Below, piece by piece: positions 50,216 to 60,114 of a stretch of DNA of 64,000 nt. The position numbers and the translations under genes were made by a program. How positions within the stretch are numbered: position 1 is the stretch's first letter; every line of letters starts with the position of its first letter. The notes under the pieces are model-generated. The model was not told the origin of the DNA. It did not search any database and saw only the letters and a list, made by a program, of their open reading frames with translations. This DNA comes from an uncultured Flavobacteriales bacterium (GTDB lineage Bacteria; Bacteroidota; Bacteroidia; AKYH767-A; 2013-40CM-41-45), in the NCBI GenBank assembly GCA_964544885.1, contig CAZJDX010000004.1:100293-164292 (forward strand), written 5' to 3'.

Positions 50216-50340
50216 GGCTGAGGGATGCAGACATTCTTACTATGAGAACTCGACAAAACAGAACACTAATCAATTTGAAATATTTTAAGGTTATTGAAAT
50301 ACCTATTTACCCTATTAACTAACCATAAAAACCAAAAAGC

Positions 50341-51417
50341 ATGAAAAAGACAAACATTATCACCGCATTATTTATTATTGCCGCCGCCTTCGGTATTCCT
50401 AAATTAGTGAATGGAAAGGTTTGGCGGGTTAATAACACACCTGCATATAATCAATTTACGGGTGCTCCACCTTTTGAGGTCTTTAGTAATTTGGGTCAGG
50501 CCATAGGCGATCCGGACGTTGGTCAAGGCGATACTCTGTTAATTGAAAGTTCCGGAACTCGTTATCCAGGAGTAACATTAAATAAAAAATTGGTATTAAT
50601 TGGTACCGGATATTTCTTGGGTGAAAATCTCGGGAGACAACAGAATCAAACACCAGCAATTATTGATTATTTGATTTTCGGGCAAAATTCAAGCGGCTCA
50701 ACAATTATGGGATTAAATATCTCTGGAACCGCCTCATCTGGAGTGGCTTTATCGAATTTTAATCTCGATAGCATTGCAATTACCCGATGCTACATTAATG
50801 GAGACATTAATTTTCAGAATGGAGCTGGTATTATACACAATCGAATTATCATAACCAAGAACTTTATCACTGGTGCAATAGACCAGCCTGCTGGAAGTCC
50901 CGGAACAATTACAAATTTAATTTTTACAAATAATCAAGTCGGTTGGTACATGCAATTTGACGGAACGAACCATCATGGAATTGTTGAGAATAATGCGTTG
51001 GCTCGCGACATATATATTCAAGGGAACATCGTTTTTCGAAACAATATTATAACCGGTGGAACATTTGTCCAAAATCCTACCAATTCAAGCACAAATATCT
51101 ATAATAACCTTTTCAGCTATGCTCAACCGGCATGGTTGACGGGAGGTGATAACAATTTTGGAGTGGCTTCAAATATTATTTATCACTCTACAGGAACGAC
51201 TGATAGTATATTTACTCCAAAGGCAATAAGCGACTGTCCGCAGTGCTATCAGGGTTTTCCCGGTGGAACTGCCATGCTTGGTATGTTTGGCGGCAGTGAT
51301 CCGTACATATTAAGTGGAATTCCTGCAATCCCGACAATTTATCAGCTACAGACTCCTGTAAACGCACCACAGGGAGGCACTATTCAGGGAACTATCAGTA
51401 CACGTAGTAATAATTAA
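50341..51417 (+). CDS. Secreted right-handed parallel beta-helix protein (pectate-lyase-fold-like), function unknown
   Basis: Signal peptide. Repeated ~22-aa turns with Asn/Ile/Gly ladders (…NISGTASSGVALSNFNLDSIAITRCYINGDINFQNGAGIIHNRIIITKNFITG…); no T9SS CTD. Confidence 0.6.
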   Translation: MKKTNIITALFIIAAAFGIPKLVNGKVWRVNNTPAYNQFTGAPPFEVFSNLGQAIGDPDVGQGDTLLIESSGTRYPGVTLNKKLVLIGTGYFLGENLGRQQNQTPAIIDYLIFGQNSSGSTIMGLNISGTASSGVALSNFNLDSIAITRCYINGDINFQNGAGIIHNRIIITKNFITGAIDQPAGSPGTITNLIFTNNQVGWYMQFDGTNHHGIVENNALARDIYIQGNIVFRNNIITGGTFVQNPTNSSTNIYNNLFSYAQPAWLTGGDNNFGVASNIIYHSTGTTDSIFTPKAISDCPQCYQGFPGGTAMLGMFGGSDPYILSGIPAIPTIYQLQTPVNAPQGGTIQGTISTRSNN

Positions 51418-51435
51418 TTTTAAATTCAGAAAATT

Positions 51436-52446
51436 ATGAAAAAAATTAACGTGCATCTGCTCGTTCTGCTACTGTGTTGTTGTACTTGTACCGTATCGGC
51501 TCAAAATATTGTGAAAGCAGAATATTGGATAAACAGCGATCCCGGTATGGGCTTGGCAACAGATATCCCCGGAATTACACCCGCCCTTAATGTTGCAAAC
51601 CTGGTATTCTCTGTTCCCGCAACCATCAGTCCGGGTGTACATACGCTTGGACTTCGCAGCAAGGATTCAAACAATCGCTGGAGTCATACGAACATGTTTC
51701 CCGTACTTGTTTTAAGTCCGCCTTCTAATCCGATTATTGATAGTGTTGAGTATTTTATAAATACTGATGCAGGTTTTGGAAACGGAACAAAGGTATTGGG
51801 TATTACTCCCCAACAAACTATTGCTAATCTGGCCTTGACTATCCCCGCATCTCTTACAACAGGTATCCATACGATTGGTGTCCGGTCAAAGGATACTGAT
51901 GGAAATTGGAGCCATACCAATTTTTATCCGGTTCTGATAAATGATTCCACATCAGCAGGAGTTATTGTTGCCATTGAATATTTTTGGGATGTTGATACGG
52001 GTTTTTATCAAAACCTGTCCTATACACCTACAGGTATTGTAAGCGACCTCAACAATGAATTGATGAATATTAATGTTCCATTTAATTTGCCATTTGGACA
52101 ACATACTGTTTTTATGCGAAGTCGGGATAGCAGAGGTAGATGGAGTCATACCAACTATTCTTCGGTAAATGTAGTGGATTCGAACTCTGTTGGCATGCAT
52201 GAAATGGAACACAGCAGTATTACAGTCTATCCAAATCCATGTATTGATCACATTACAGTCTCATCAGTAAATAATCAAAAAATTCGAGTGATTCTGTACA
52301 ATGAAAGTGGCCAACTCATTCTCGACAAAAGCATAGAGCATTCAGAGCAAATTAATACCTCACAGTTTGCTCCGGGTGCATACACTGTATTCATTTGGTC
52401 AGATCAAAATAAAATTTATAAGACAACTCTTCTCAAAACAAGATAG
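51436..52446 (+). CDS. T9SS-secreted protein built from three tandem ~85-aa repeats of an unassigned domain plus a type-A T9SS C-terminal domain
   Basis: Repeat starts are EYWINSDPGMG…, EYFINTDAGFGNG… and EYFWDVDTGFYQN…, each ending …RSKD(S/T)…(R/N)WSHTN(M/F/Y)…V. The C-terminus (…ITVYPNPCIDHITVS…LYNESGQLI…APGAYTVFIWSD…) is a T9SS CTD. Confidence 0.75.
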   Translation: MKKINVHLLVLLLCCCTCTVSAQNIVKAEYWINSDPGMGLATDIPGITPALNVANLVFSVPATISPGVHTLGLRSKDSNNRWSHTNMFPVLVLSPPSNPIIDSVEYFINTDAGFGNGTKVLGITPQQTIANLALTIPASLTTGIHTIGVRSKDTDGNWSHTNFYPVLINDSTSAGVIVAIEYFWDVDTGFYQNLSYTPTGIVSDLNNELMNINVPFNLPFGQHTVFMRSRDSRGRWSHTNYSSVNVVDSNSVGMHEMEHSSITVYPNPCIDHITVSSVNNQKIRVILYNESGQLILDKSIEHSEQINTSQFAPGAYTVFIWSDQNKIYKTTLLKTR

Positions 52447-52460
52447 TAGTTAATGAATAT

Positions 52461-52524
52461 AAATCCCATCTTATGCGATTGAAAGAAAAGTATTAACAAA
52501 ATTGATTGCATAAGATGGGATTAT
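52461..52524. repeat. Long inverted repeat (15-bp perfect arms AATCCCATCTTATGC / GCATAAGATGGGATT separated by about 34 nt) in the gap between convergent genes
   Basis: Read directly. No U-tract follows on either strand, so it is not a canonical intrinsic terminator. Confidence 0.4.
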
Positions 52525-52817
52525 CACATAATTTAAGCGCATTTACTGTGAGAGATTATTTCAACAGAACTGACCAGGTCTTACACGGGCAATTGACAAA
52601 TATTCTGCTTTATTCTCTCCTCTTAACAAGAAAAATGCCCTAAAGTCAAATCGGGATGAAAAAATGGGGAGCTTACATTCACCTTTGCAAAAGCTTCCTG
52701 CAGGGAATGCACTTTAAGTTTCTTGTATCTATTCTTAATGGGGAACCGTACCGTATTCTTTCGAACCCGTCGCAATTGAATGGATCAAACCCCGCTGCGA
52801 AACTCAGGTACAGCCGG

Positions 52818-55800
52818 TCAATACTTAATTAATTTTACCGGCTTTTCCGGAGGAACCGAGATAAAATACACTCCTTTTAGTAAAGTGCTTATATTGACAA
52901 TAGTGATTTCCGGTTCTATTTTTCCTGTAAATAATTTTTGCCCAAGCAAATTATAGATTGTGAAATCAGAACCGGCCAAATGACTCTTTGTACGGATCTG
53001 AAATTCATTTTTAGCAGGATTTGGAAAAACAATGACATTGGAATTGAGATTTTCCTGCTTCCTTAATAATAAATTGCTGAGGGTGGGAGTCGGCTCGAGA
53101 TAGTATATCGATGTAGTTCCATCCGGATACCTTCCCCAGGTTGAACGGTTGCTTTGTATTGAAAAAGATAAACTATCAATCAACAAATAATCATCCAATC
53201 TTCTCTGATAAATTCCCAGTGATTCGCCGGAAGCATTTAGTTTAAACGCAACATGCTTGGCGCCTTGTTCAATCTGATTGTCGGCCCACAAAATATAATA
53301 TCCTCCGGCAGGAATAATAGTTAATGCCGGGAAATTCAAAGGTAATTGATGTTTGTCGTAATTTGATATTTGATCCGTTAAATAAAGTCCGCCGAGATTG
53401 ATCGGACTGCCGCTGCTGTTAAAAATTTCAAACCAGTCATCATATTCATTGAAATCGTCTGCTATGATTCCGGTGTTAGAAGCCATTACTTCATTTATAA
53501 ATAGACCACTGAAATCAGGTGGAAGAGTGTTAGCAGCTCCGGAAGAGCCCATGAGTAAAAAACTTTCGTGCCAATCCTGAACGAGATTTCCTTCTTTTGA
53601 TTCATTCAGTTCCAGGGTTGCCCCTCTGCCATCAGCCAATGCCGGCCATGGCCTGGAATCGGAATATCTGATGCTATGGATCAGGTTGCCGTTATGATCG
53701 TATAGTGAAATCTTATCGGATTTATTATCCAATTCATAAAATAAGTTTCCGCATATATTATTTACAGCAGGATGGTAGGATTTAAATAAAAGCGTGTCCT
53801 CGCAAATCACCAGATAGTCACCCGGCAGAATAACTGTATTTTGCTTTAGTGAAAAGTTATTTTTTACAGTACTTAATCTCCATCCGCTTACATCAACCGC
53901 CTGGCTGGTTCTGTTAAATATTTCTACCCAATCACCCGTATTGTAATTGTCAGCGGAATGGTAGTTTATTTCATTTATATGTACAGTTAACCCATAATTG
54001 CCATGATGAGTATAATAGGCGCCTATATCAGCAGCAGAGCTGTCAGGGTCAGGTGGTGACAGTGGGTTTCCCGAATCAATACAGGGTGAGGTGTTTTTAA
54101 GCTGCAGATTACCTGTTGTTGCATGAATAAACTGAGGGTCAGCAAAAATATTATGATTGCCTGTAAGCAATTCTTTATCTGAAAGAGAATAGCTGATTTC
54201 TACTTCTGATTTATCGTCAATCGAAACAGTTTCATAGATTGACCCCGCCAAAATGGAGTTTTGAATAAAAGCTTTTCCCCCGCCCCTAAGTGTACTCTTT
54301 TCATAACATGCAATGGAATGGTGGTTTCTGTAGAAAGTATTTTGGTTCAGATAGGCAACTGATGAACTGTCTTTAACTCCGATTCCTAAACCACAGTCGT
54401 ATATCAGGTTGCGGTAGATCGTTGCATTTGACTGTGAGCCAATAGAGATACCTTTATCTGTACAGTTATAAATTATGTTATTTTCAACAATATTGTTGAC
54501 GGAATTTATTCCAAAATCAATTCCATCGCAGTTCGTGCCTGAGAAATCATGGATATAATTGTTCTTAACCACAGCATTAGTAACTCCCTTTAAGTCCAAT
54601 GCATCAGTATCCGTAGCTTTATTGCCATTGAAAGAGCAATCTTCAACGATTGGGTTATTAATATTGTTTAAACTGATGAATCCATTGCAAGGATTGAGGG
54701 TGTGAAAGGCAGAGTTCCCAATATATACATTACCACCCTCTGCATAAAATGGCGGCCCGCCATCTGAAATATCCGAGTGTTCAAATCGTATGTTTGCATT
54801 GTAAGCGGAAATGGTCGAAAAATATTTTATCGGGTCATTACCGTAACTTCCATTACGAATATTTACATATTGTATAAGAATCGAGTCGCCTGGATTATCA
54901 GCAATGATACTGCCCCACCGGATACTTGCTTTATCATTTTTAGATGAATAAATTGTGTCGGCACGGATACTTATCAAACTGTCCGGCGTGCCATGTATTT
55001 TTAATCCACCTTCAACATAAATAGATTTATTCTCGCAAATAAATATTTCAACACCAGGTTCAACTATGAGTTTTGCGCCAGGTTTAATAATTACATCCTC
55101 TAATCCATACCAGGGTGAATAAGCCACACTGAGTATGGTATCATTTTGAATCAGTGGAGGTATTATACTGATTGGGTCAGGAGCAAAGACTGCCGTAATG
55201 CTTGTGTCGCTTACCGGAATAAAGACCATTTCCGGAGATGTGTTTCCTGATCCTTGCCATTCAATAAATTTATAGCCCGGTTTGGGAAAGGCTTTTAATT
55301 TTATTGGAATGTTTTTAAAATATTGGCCAGAATATATTGAGTCTTTTAATAATACGCCACACAAAGATACATTTCCCCCGCCGGAAATATTTATTTCAAC
55401 ATGTGCACTATCCTGAATTCCGAATTGAGTAGTAATATGTTGACGAAGATGTTCTCCGCGATATTGTAAAAAAGTTTTGATAAAATCAATGTTGGAATGC
55501 CAGGATGACAGCGACAGAGGCGTACCCCATTTATTAATGTGCCTTGGCATTTGAAGACTTAGAAGTGCTTTTAAACTGTCTGCAATGGGCAAAGTAACAG
55601 CGGGATTAAATACTGTATTCAAAAAAGTGGATGTACGTTGTATAAAATCATTTTTGAACCCCTCATTTTCCAGCAGGTTTCTGAATAAAAAAGTTGACCA
55701 ATCAGGCAGGTTTCCGGTAATTCCTGAAACTTTACTCAACGTGTTGTCCATGTAATCGTCTCCGCCTAATTTTCCAAATGCATGTTCATTGTCGTTTGTA

Positions 55801-57353
55801 ATCCAGCGCCACTTGCTTTCAGTATCATTGTTTCTCCAATACTTATTATTATAATCAACAATCCAGTAGCCGATAAATATTTTATGAATTATGTAATTGG
55901 TAAATTCATGAATGTCGATTTGTTCAGAAACGTAATGGTAATTATCGTCCACACTCAGGTCATTGTTTTCAATAAAGTAAATCAGATTATTATAATGGTT
56001 TCTACTGCCTGAGACGACGCTTATACTGTCTTCGAGAAGATCAAGGTTGGCATTATTGGTGTAGTGATTGTTTGAAATATAGTTTTCATCCAGCCTTTCT
56101 CTTATTTCATAAATGCCGTTGTACTGTCCATTGATAAAAACAACACAAGGCTGATATTCCTGATAATCCACGTCTATTTTATTTTTTATCAGAGAGGTGG
56201 ATAAGCCCTCACGGAAATAGGAAAGATTATAATCGTTACCGCCATTTCTTAAGAGAAAGGAATAATAAACGACGGATTCTCTGTCATTAAATAATTTATA
56301 GTTTATTTTATCATCGCCGTATTTTGATTTTACTTCGAGAGAAATTGGTCTTTGAGGTAAATTGAAAATGCTTGATCCGAATAGTTTCGCACCGGCATTT
56401 ACATTAAATTTTCTTTGTTTATTCAGATCAAAATATTCAACATAAGCCGGAACTTCTCTACCCTTCATTGCATTTTGCAGTATGCCGTATTCAAAGTCAT
56501 AGAAGTTTGAAATGTCTGTGGAAATTGAAATAACAGGAAGGTCGATGTTTTCATTTATGAAATAGGATTTAGTAATGACCTTACCCGGTAATTTTCCCGG
56601 TTGGTACGCACGAGCTTTGATAACATAATTACGTGCAATGTTAAGGCTTCCGGTAAATACAGGAGAACTTTCAACCGGTGTTGTTCCATCAATGGTAAAC
56701 CGTATGAGAGAATTGGGTTCCGAAGAACTGATTTGCAATTGTTGAGCAGAAGGGTAAAAACCCTCAGAAATTGAGAATATCGGTTCGGATGCATAATTCA
56801 GGGACGTTGAACCGAAAGATGAATTAATTTTACCGGGCGTAGGTTCACTGTAATAATACCATCCCTGGGAATTTTGATTATTTCTTCCAATTGAAATATC
56901 ATATTCCTGTACATCTAATTTCAGACTATCCTCAAGTTCTTCATGATTGTTATATAGATAAATTGTTTCGCCCAGACTGCTGACCTTAAAGTTAGCATGT
57001 AAAGAGTTTATGGTAATTGTATCATTTTTGTATTTACTGTACGCGCGTTCTCCGGGATATTTGGATTCCCCGTCCGTCCATATAATCAGATATTGATCTG
57101 CTGACAAGACCTGGGATGGCAGTATCCATTTTCTCTTTATATCAGGATCATCAGTAATAGAATAGTTTTGGAGATTGATAGCGTATGCGGCTGTATTGTG
57201 TAACTCAATAAAATCCGAAAATTCTCCAAAATCAGGATCGCTTAAAACGGAACTGTTAAGGGCAAGAATTTCATTTATTCTGATTTGCGCATTTAAACAC
57301 AGGCTCAGTAATATGAAAACAATGAGCAGTGAATTTTTCATAGGATTAGTCAT
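52818..57353 (-). CDS. CotH-kinase-family protein with three lamin-tail domains (LTD), a central parallel beta-helix region and a T9SS C-terminal sorting domain (1511 aa)
   Basis: LTD motifs: INEILALNSS…DFIELHNT…INLQNYSITDD (N-terminal), VHINEINYHS…DWVEIFNRT…VSGWRLS, and LFINEVMASN…DWFEIFNSS…LGGLYLTDQ. CotH core: …VVFINGQYNGIYEIRERLDENY… and …NNKYWRNNDTESKWRWITNDNEHAFG (the GKW-W-DlD-sFG-like signature). Beta-helix repeats (…NNIVENNIIYNCTDKGISIG…). C-terminal …VFPNPAKNEFQI…IYNLLGQKL…KGVYFISV = T9SS CTD. Confidence 0.85.
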   Translation of the reverse strand: MTNPMKNSLLIVFILLSLCLNAQIRINEILALNSSVLSDPDFGEFSDFIELHNTAAYAINLQNYSITDDPDIKRKWILPSQVLSADQYLIIWTDGESKYPGERAYSKYKNDTITINSLHANFKVSSLGETIYLYNNHEELEDSLKLDVQEYDISIGRNNQNSQGWYYYSEPTPGKINSSFGSTSLNYASEPIFSISEGFYPSAQQLQISSSEPNSLIRFTIDGTTPVESSPVFTGSLNIARNYVIKARAYQPGKLPGKVITKSYFINENIDLPVISISTDISNFYDFEYGILQNAMKGREVPAYVEYFDLNKQRKFNVNAGAKLFGSSIFNLPQRPISLEVKSKYGDDKINYKLFNDRESVVYYSFLLRNGGNDYNLSYFREGLSTSLIKNKIDVDYQEYQPCVVFINGQYNGIYEIRERLDENYISNNHYTNNANLDLLEDSISVVSGSRNHYNNLIYFIENNDLSVDDNYHYVSEQIDIHEFTNYIIHKIFIGYWIVDYNNKYWRNNDTESKWRWITNDNEHAFGKLGGDDYMDNTLSKVSGITGNLPDWSTFLFRNLLENEGFKNDFIQRTSTFLNTVFNPAVTLPIADSLKALLSLQMPRHINKWGTPLSLSSWHSNIDFIKTFLQYRGEHLRQHITTQFGIQDSAHVEINISGGGNVSLCGVLLKDSIYSGQYFKNIPIKLKAFPKPGYKFIEWQGSGNTSPEMVFIPVSDTSITAVFAPDPISIIPPLIQNDTILSVAYSPWYGLEDVIIKPGAKLIVEPGVEIFICENKSIYVEGGLKIHGTPDSLISIRADTIYSSKNDKASIRWGSIIADNPGDSILIQYVNIRNGSYGNDPIKYFSTISAYNANIRFEHSDISDGGPPFYAEGGNVYIGNSAFHTLNPCNGFISLNNINNPIVEDCSFNGNKATDTDALDLKGVTNAVVKNNYIHDFSGTNCDGIDFGINSVNNIVENNIIYNCTDKGISIGSQSNATIYRNLIYDCGLGIGVKDSSSVAYLNQNTFYRNHHSIACYEKSTLRGGGKAFIQNSILAGSIYETVSIDDKSEVEISYSLSDKELLTGNHNIFADPQFIHATTGNLQLKNTSPCIDSGNPLSPPDPDSSAADIGAYYTHHGNYGLTVHINEINYHSADNYNTGDWVEIFNRTSQAVDVSGWRLSTVKNNFSLKQNTVILPGDYLVICEDTLLFKSYHPAVNNICGNLFYELDNKSDKISLYDHNGNLIHSIRYSDSRPWPALADGRGATLELNESKEGNLVQDWHESFLLMGSSGAANTLPPDFSGLFINEVMASNTGIIADDFNEYDDWFEIFNSSGSPINLGGLYLTDQISNYDKHQLPLNFPALTIIPAGGYYILWADNQIEQGAKHVAFKLNASGESLGIYQRRLDDYLLIDSLSFSIQSNRSTWGRYPDGTTSIYYLEPTPTLSNLLLRKQENLNSNVIVFPNPAKNEFQIRTKSHLAGSDFTIYNLLGQKLFTGKIEPEITIVNISTLLKGVYFISVPPEKPVKLIKY

Positions 57354-57635
57354 TTACATCCAGAATGCTTGTAATTATGCACAATGTAGTTTACGTACTT
57401 CTTCATACTTTTTTGCTTGATCAAAAAAGTATGCAAAAAAATCAAGCCAAATTCCCGCCTGCAACGGGCAGGGATTCTGCCTGCCGCACGAGCAGGCGCT
57501 TCCCGCCGCAATTAATCAAATTCATGCTTCGAATTGTATATAAATAAAATTCCATTTTGCCTCTAAAAATTTGCTCACAAAAAATTCAGAGCACAATTGA
57601 TAAGGATTATGGAACTAAGTGGTTAATCCTATTTT

Positions 57636-59324
57636 TCATTCCCTGATTAATTTATGTATAGCTCTGTTGTTTTTTGAGTCAACAACAACAAAGTAGATCC
57701 CGGATGCAATTTCATTTGCGTCAACTTTCAGTATTTCAAATGGTGAATTGTGATAATCGGATCTGATCAATCGTCCATCAATTGAATAAATAGATACCTT
57801 GGTTCCTGATACAGGTTTAGTCAGAAACTTTATGAAGAAAAAATCGTTTGCCGGATTTGGGAAAAGAGAAATTTTCATTGATTTGTTCAGTTCATCTATA
57901 TTGATTGTAGAATCATTTTCAAAATAACTTATAAAGCTTACTTGTTTTTTTCCAAAGCGAATTGGGCTTATGTGAACATAAATACTGTCCACTTCCCCGC
58001 TATTTTCCAATACATGACTATCGAAGGTTATAGTGTCCGATTCAAACATACCTCCATAATAGAAATTTTCATTTGATGCGGCCATAACAATAGTTGCCTC
58101 GTCAAGTAAGTGTCCTCCGAAAAAATTTCCCCATAACTCATCTCCTGTTGGTCCATACTTAAGAACAAATGCCTGGGGGTAATAATAACTTATGTAGTAT
58201 TCATTCAGGAGTGTTGTGTTGGCAAAATGAAGTGTATCGCTGAAAGAAAATCCTGCAACATAAGAATTGCCAAATGCATCAACTGTGATAGCTCTGGCAA
58301 GATCATAGTTTTCATCGTATATGGAACTCGAGACTCCTCCGTTTTCCTTTTGCCAGATTTTATTTAAAGCACTGTCAAGCTTGGTTACATATATTTTAGA
58401 AGATTGAAGTGGCCAGCCCCAGCCCATCCTCCATGTCATTTTTTCACCGCAGGTAAATAGTTCATTGTTGAGAGATGTTATATCGTTTACCTGGGTAAGA
58501 CTGGTGTCAGCGATACCCGACATGTAGAGACCGGCTGAATTGTATTTTACAATAAAGCCACTTTGTGTTCCATATCCAATAGTGTGTGTATTGCTGAATG
58601 TAGCGTAACCATAAAAGGATCCGGAGAGATAAACATTTTGGTTGTCATCCAAAGTTAATGATGTGGAAGTCATGGAATTGAAACCGACACTATCCGTGGT
58701 TCCGGATACTTCCCACAAGAGATTATTGTTGTTGTCATACTTTTTTACAAAAACATTGTAAATTGGATGTAGAGAAGAGTGACCGCTTACATAAACATTT
58801 CCTGAGCTATCCACACCTAACCCGGAAATTACGTCAGCCAGATTTGTTCCAATATTTCGTGCCCATTCAACAGTATTGTTAGAATTGAATTTAACAAGAA
58901 AACCATCTGATTCACCTGAGTTAATTAATACAGAACTACCGATGGTCAGTGATAAGCTATAATAGGTTCCGGCAACATAAATGTTACCCATACTGTCGGA
59001 TACGATATTCGAAATGTTATCCGATTCAAGACCGCCGATTTTATTTGCCCATAAATAATTCCCGTTCTTGTCCATGACAACGAAGAAGGCATCTTCCTGA
59101 CCTGAATTGGTAAGTGTATGCGAGTTAAATGTTAGGGTTGGAGAGGTGAATGAGCCGGCTATAATTATATTGTCACCGCTATATTTACAAATGGCATTCA
59201 GTTTTGTATTGCTGTTTATAAGTCCAATCTGATTTGCCCACTGGCAATTTTGTGCTTTTGTGTGCATATTGATTGAGAAGCAAAGACACAGGAAAAGCAG
59301 TCTTAGGTAATGTTTTATTTCCAT
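57636..59324 (-). CDS. T9SS-secreted SBBP-repeat (beta-propeller) protein
   Basis: Signal peptide; repeated …(N/G)N(I/V)Y(V/L)(A/S)G… SBBP-type blades (NIYVAGTYYS, NVYVSGHSS, NVYLSGSFYG, NSYVAGFSFS); C-terminal …LFPNPANDFFFIKF…IYSIDGRLI…SGIYFVVV = T9SS CTD. Confidence 0.8.
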   Translation of the reverse strand: MEIKHYLRLLFLCLCFSINMHTKAQNCQWANQIGLINSNTKLNAICKYSGDNIIIAGSFTSPTLTFNSHTLTNSGQEDAFFVVMDKNGNYLWANKIGGLESDNISNIVSDSMGNIYVAGTYYSLSLTIGSSVLINSGESDGFLVKFNSNNTVEWARNIGTNLADVISGLGVDSSGNVYVSGHSSLHPIYNVFVKKYDNNNNLLWEVSGTTDSVGFNSMTSTSLTLDDNQNVYLSGSFYGYATFSNTHTIGYGTQSGFIVKYNSAGLYMSGIADTSLTQVNDITSLNNELFTCGEKMTWRMGWGWPLQSSKIYVTKLDSALNKIWQKENGGVSSSIYDENYDLARAITVDAFGNSYVAGFSFSDTLHFANTTLLNEYYISYYYPQAFVLKYGPTGDELWGNFFGGHLLDEATIVMAASNENFYYGGMFESDTITFDSHVLENSGEVDSIYVHISPIRFGKKQVSFISYFENDSTINIDELNKSMKISLFPNPANDFFFIKFLTKPVSGTKVSIYSIDGRLIRSDYHNSPFEILKVDANEIASGIYFVVVDSKNNRAIHKLIRE

Positions 59325-59498
59325 TCTATCTTAATATTTAAGCAAATATAAGACCTGTCCAATGAAATATGAAGGCCGGATTGTCAGTAAAGAGTAAGTA
59401 TTCATTATGGTTGATACGAACCGCAAAGCCGGATTATTAATTCAACAGACGTTCTTGAACTGGCTATCTGCATAGTTCTTCTTTACCTGTGCAACTGA

Positions 59499-60113
59499 TT
59501 AAAATGACTTCTTCACTTTCGCGAAAGCTTCCTGAAGCGAGTGTACTTCCAGTTTTTTGTATATGTTCTTGATGTGAAAACGAACGGTATCGTGAGAAAT
59601 ATTCATCTGGTCGGCAGTCATCTTATAACTGTTACCGAGACTCATAAATTGCAATACTTCCTGTTCGCGTTCTGTCAGAACAGAGTTAATAAAGTTGTTG
59701 AATGACCTGACTACCATTCGGGCAATCCGTGGACTCATGGGAGCTCCTCCCATTCTGACTTCTCTCACCGCATCCAGAATCTCATCTGGTGAGGCATTCT
59801 TGGTAATATAACCACAGGCGCCGGCGCAGAGTGAGTCAAATACGGTTTTATCTTCCGCAAAAACAGTGAGCATGATCACATCGAGTGAGGGTAAAATGCC
59901 TTTCAGCTTGCGTACACATTCGATCCCTGAGATTCCGGGTAGTTTAATATCCATCAGTACTACCTGAGGATCAAGTTCAGGAATTTTCTGCAAGGCCTCT
60001 TCCGCATTGGAGAATGCTCCCACACAACTGAATTCTGCCGGATGTTCTTTAATGGCGATCTGCAAGCCTTCACGCAGATCATTATTGTCATCGACCAGTG
60101 CGATTGTGATCAT
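59499..60113 (-). CDS. NarL/FixJ-family response regulator (REC + LuxR-type HTH)
   Basis: REC (IALVDDNNDLREG…VLMDIKLPGISGIE…) and a C-terminal LuxR HTH (LTEREQEVLQFMSLGNSYKMTADQMNISHDTVRFHIKNIYKKL). Its start overlaps or abuts the stop of the upstream kinase. Confidence 0.92.
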   Translation of the reverse strand: MITIALVDDNNDLREGLQIAIKEHPAEFSCVGAFSNAEEALQKIPELDPQVVLMDIKLPGISGIECVRKLKGILPSLDVIMLTVFAEDKTVFDSLCAGACGYITKNASPDEILDAVREVRMGGAPMSPRIARMVVRSFNNFINSVLTEREQEVLQFMSLGNSYKMTADQMNISHDTVRFHIKNIYKKLEVHSLQEAFAKVKKSF

Positions 60114-60114
60114 A

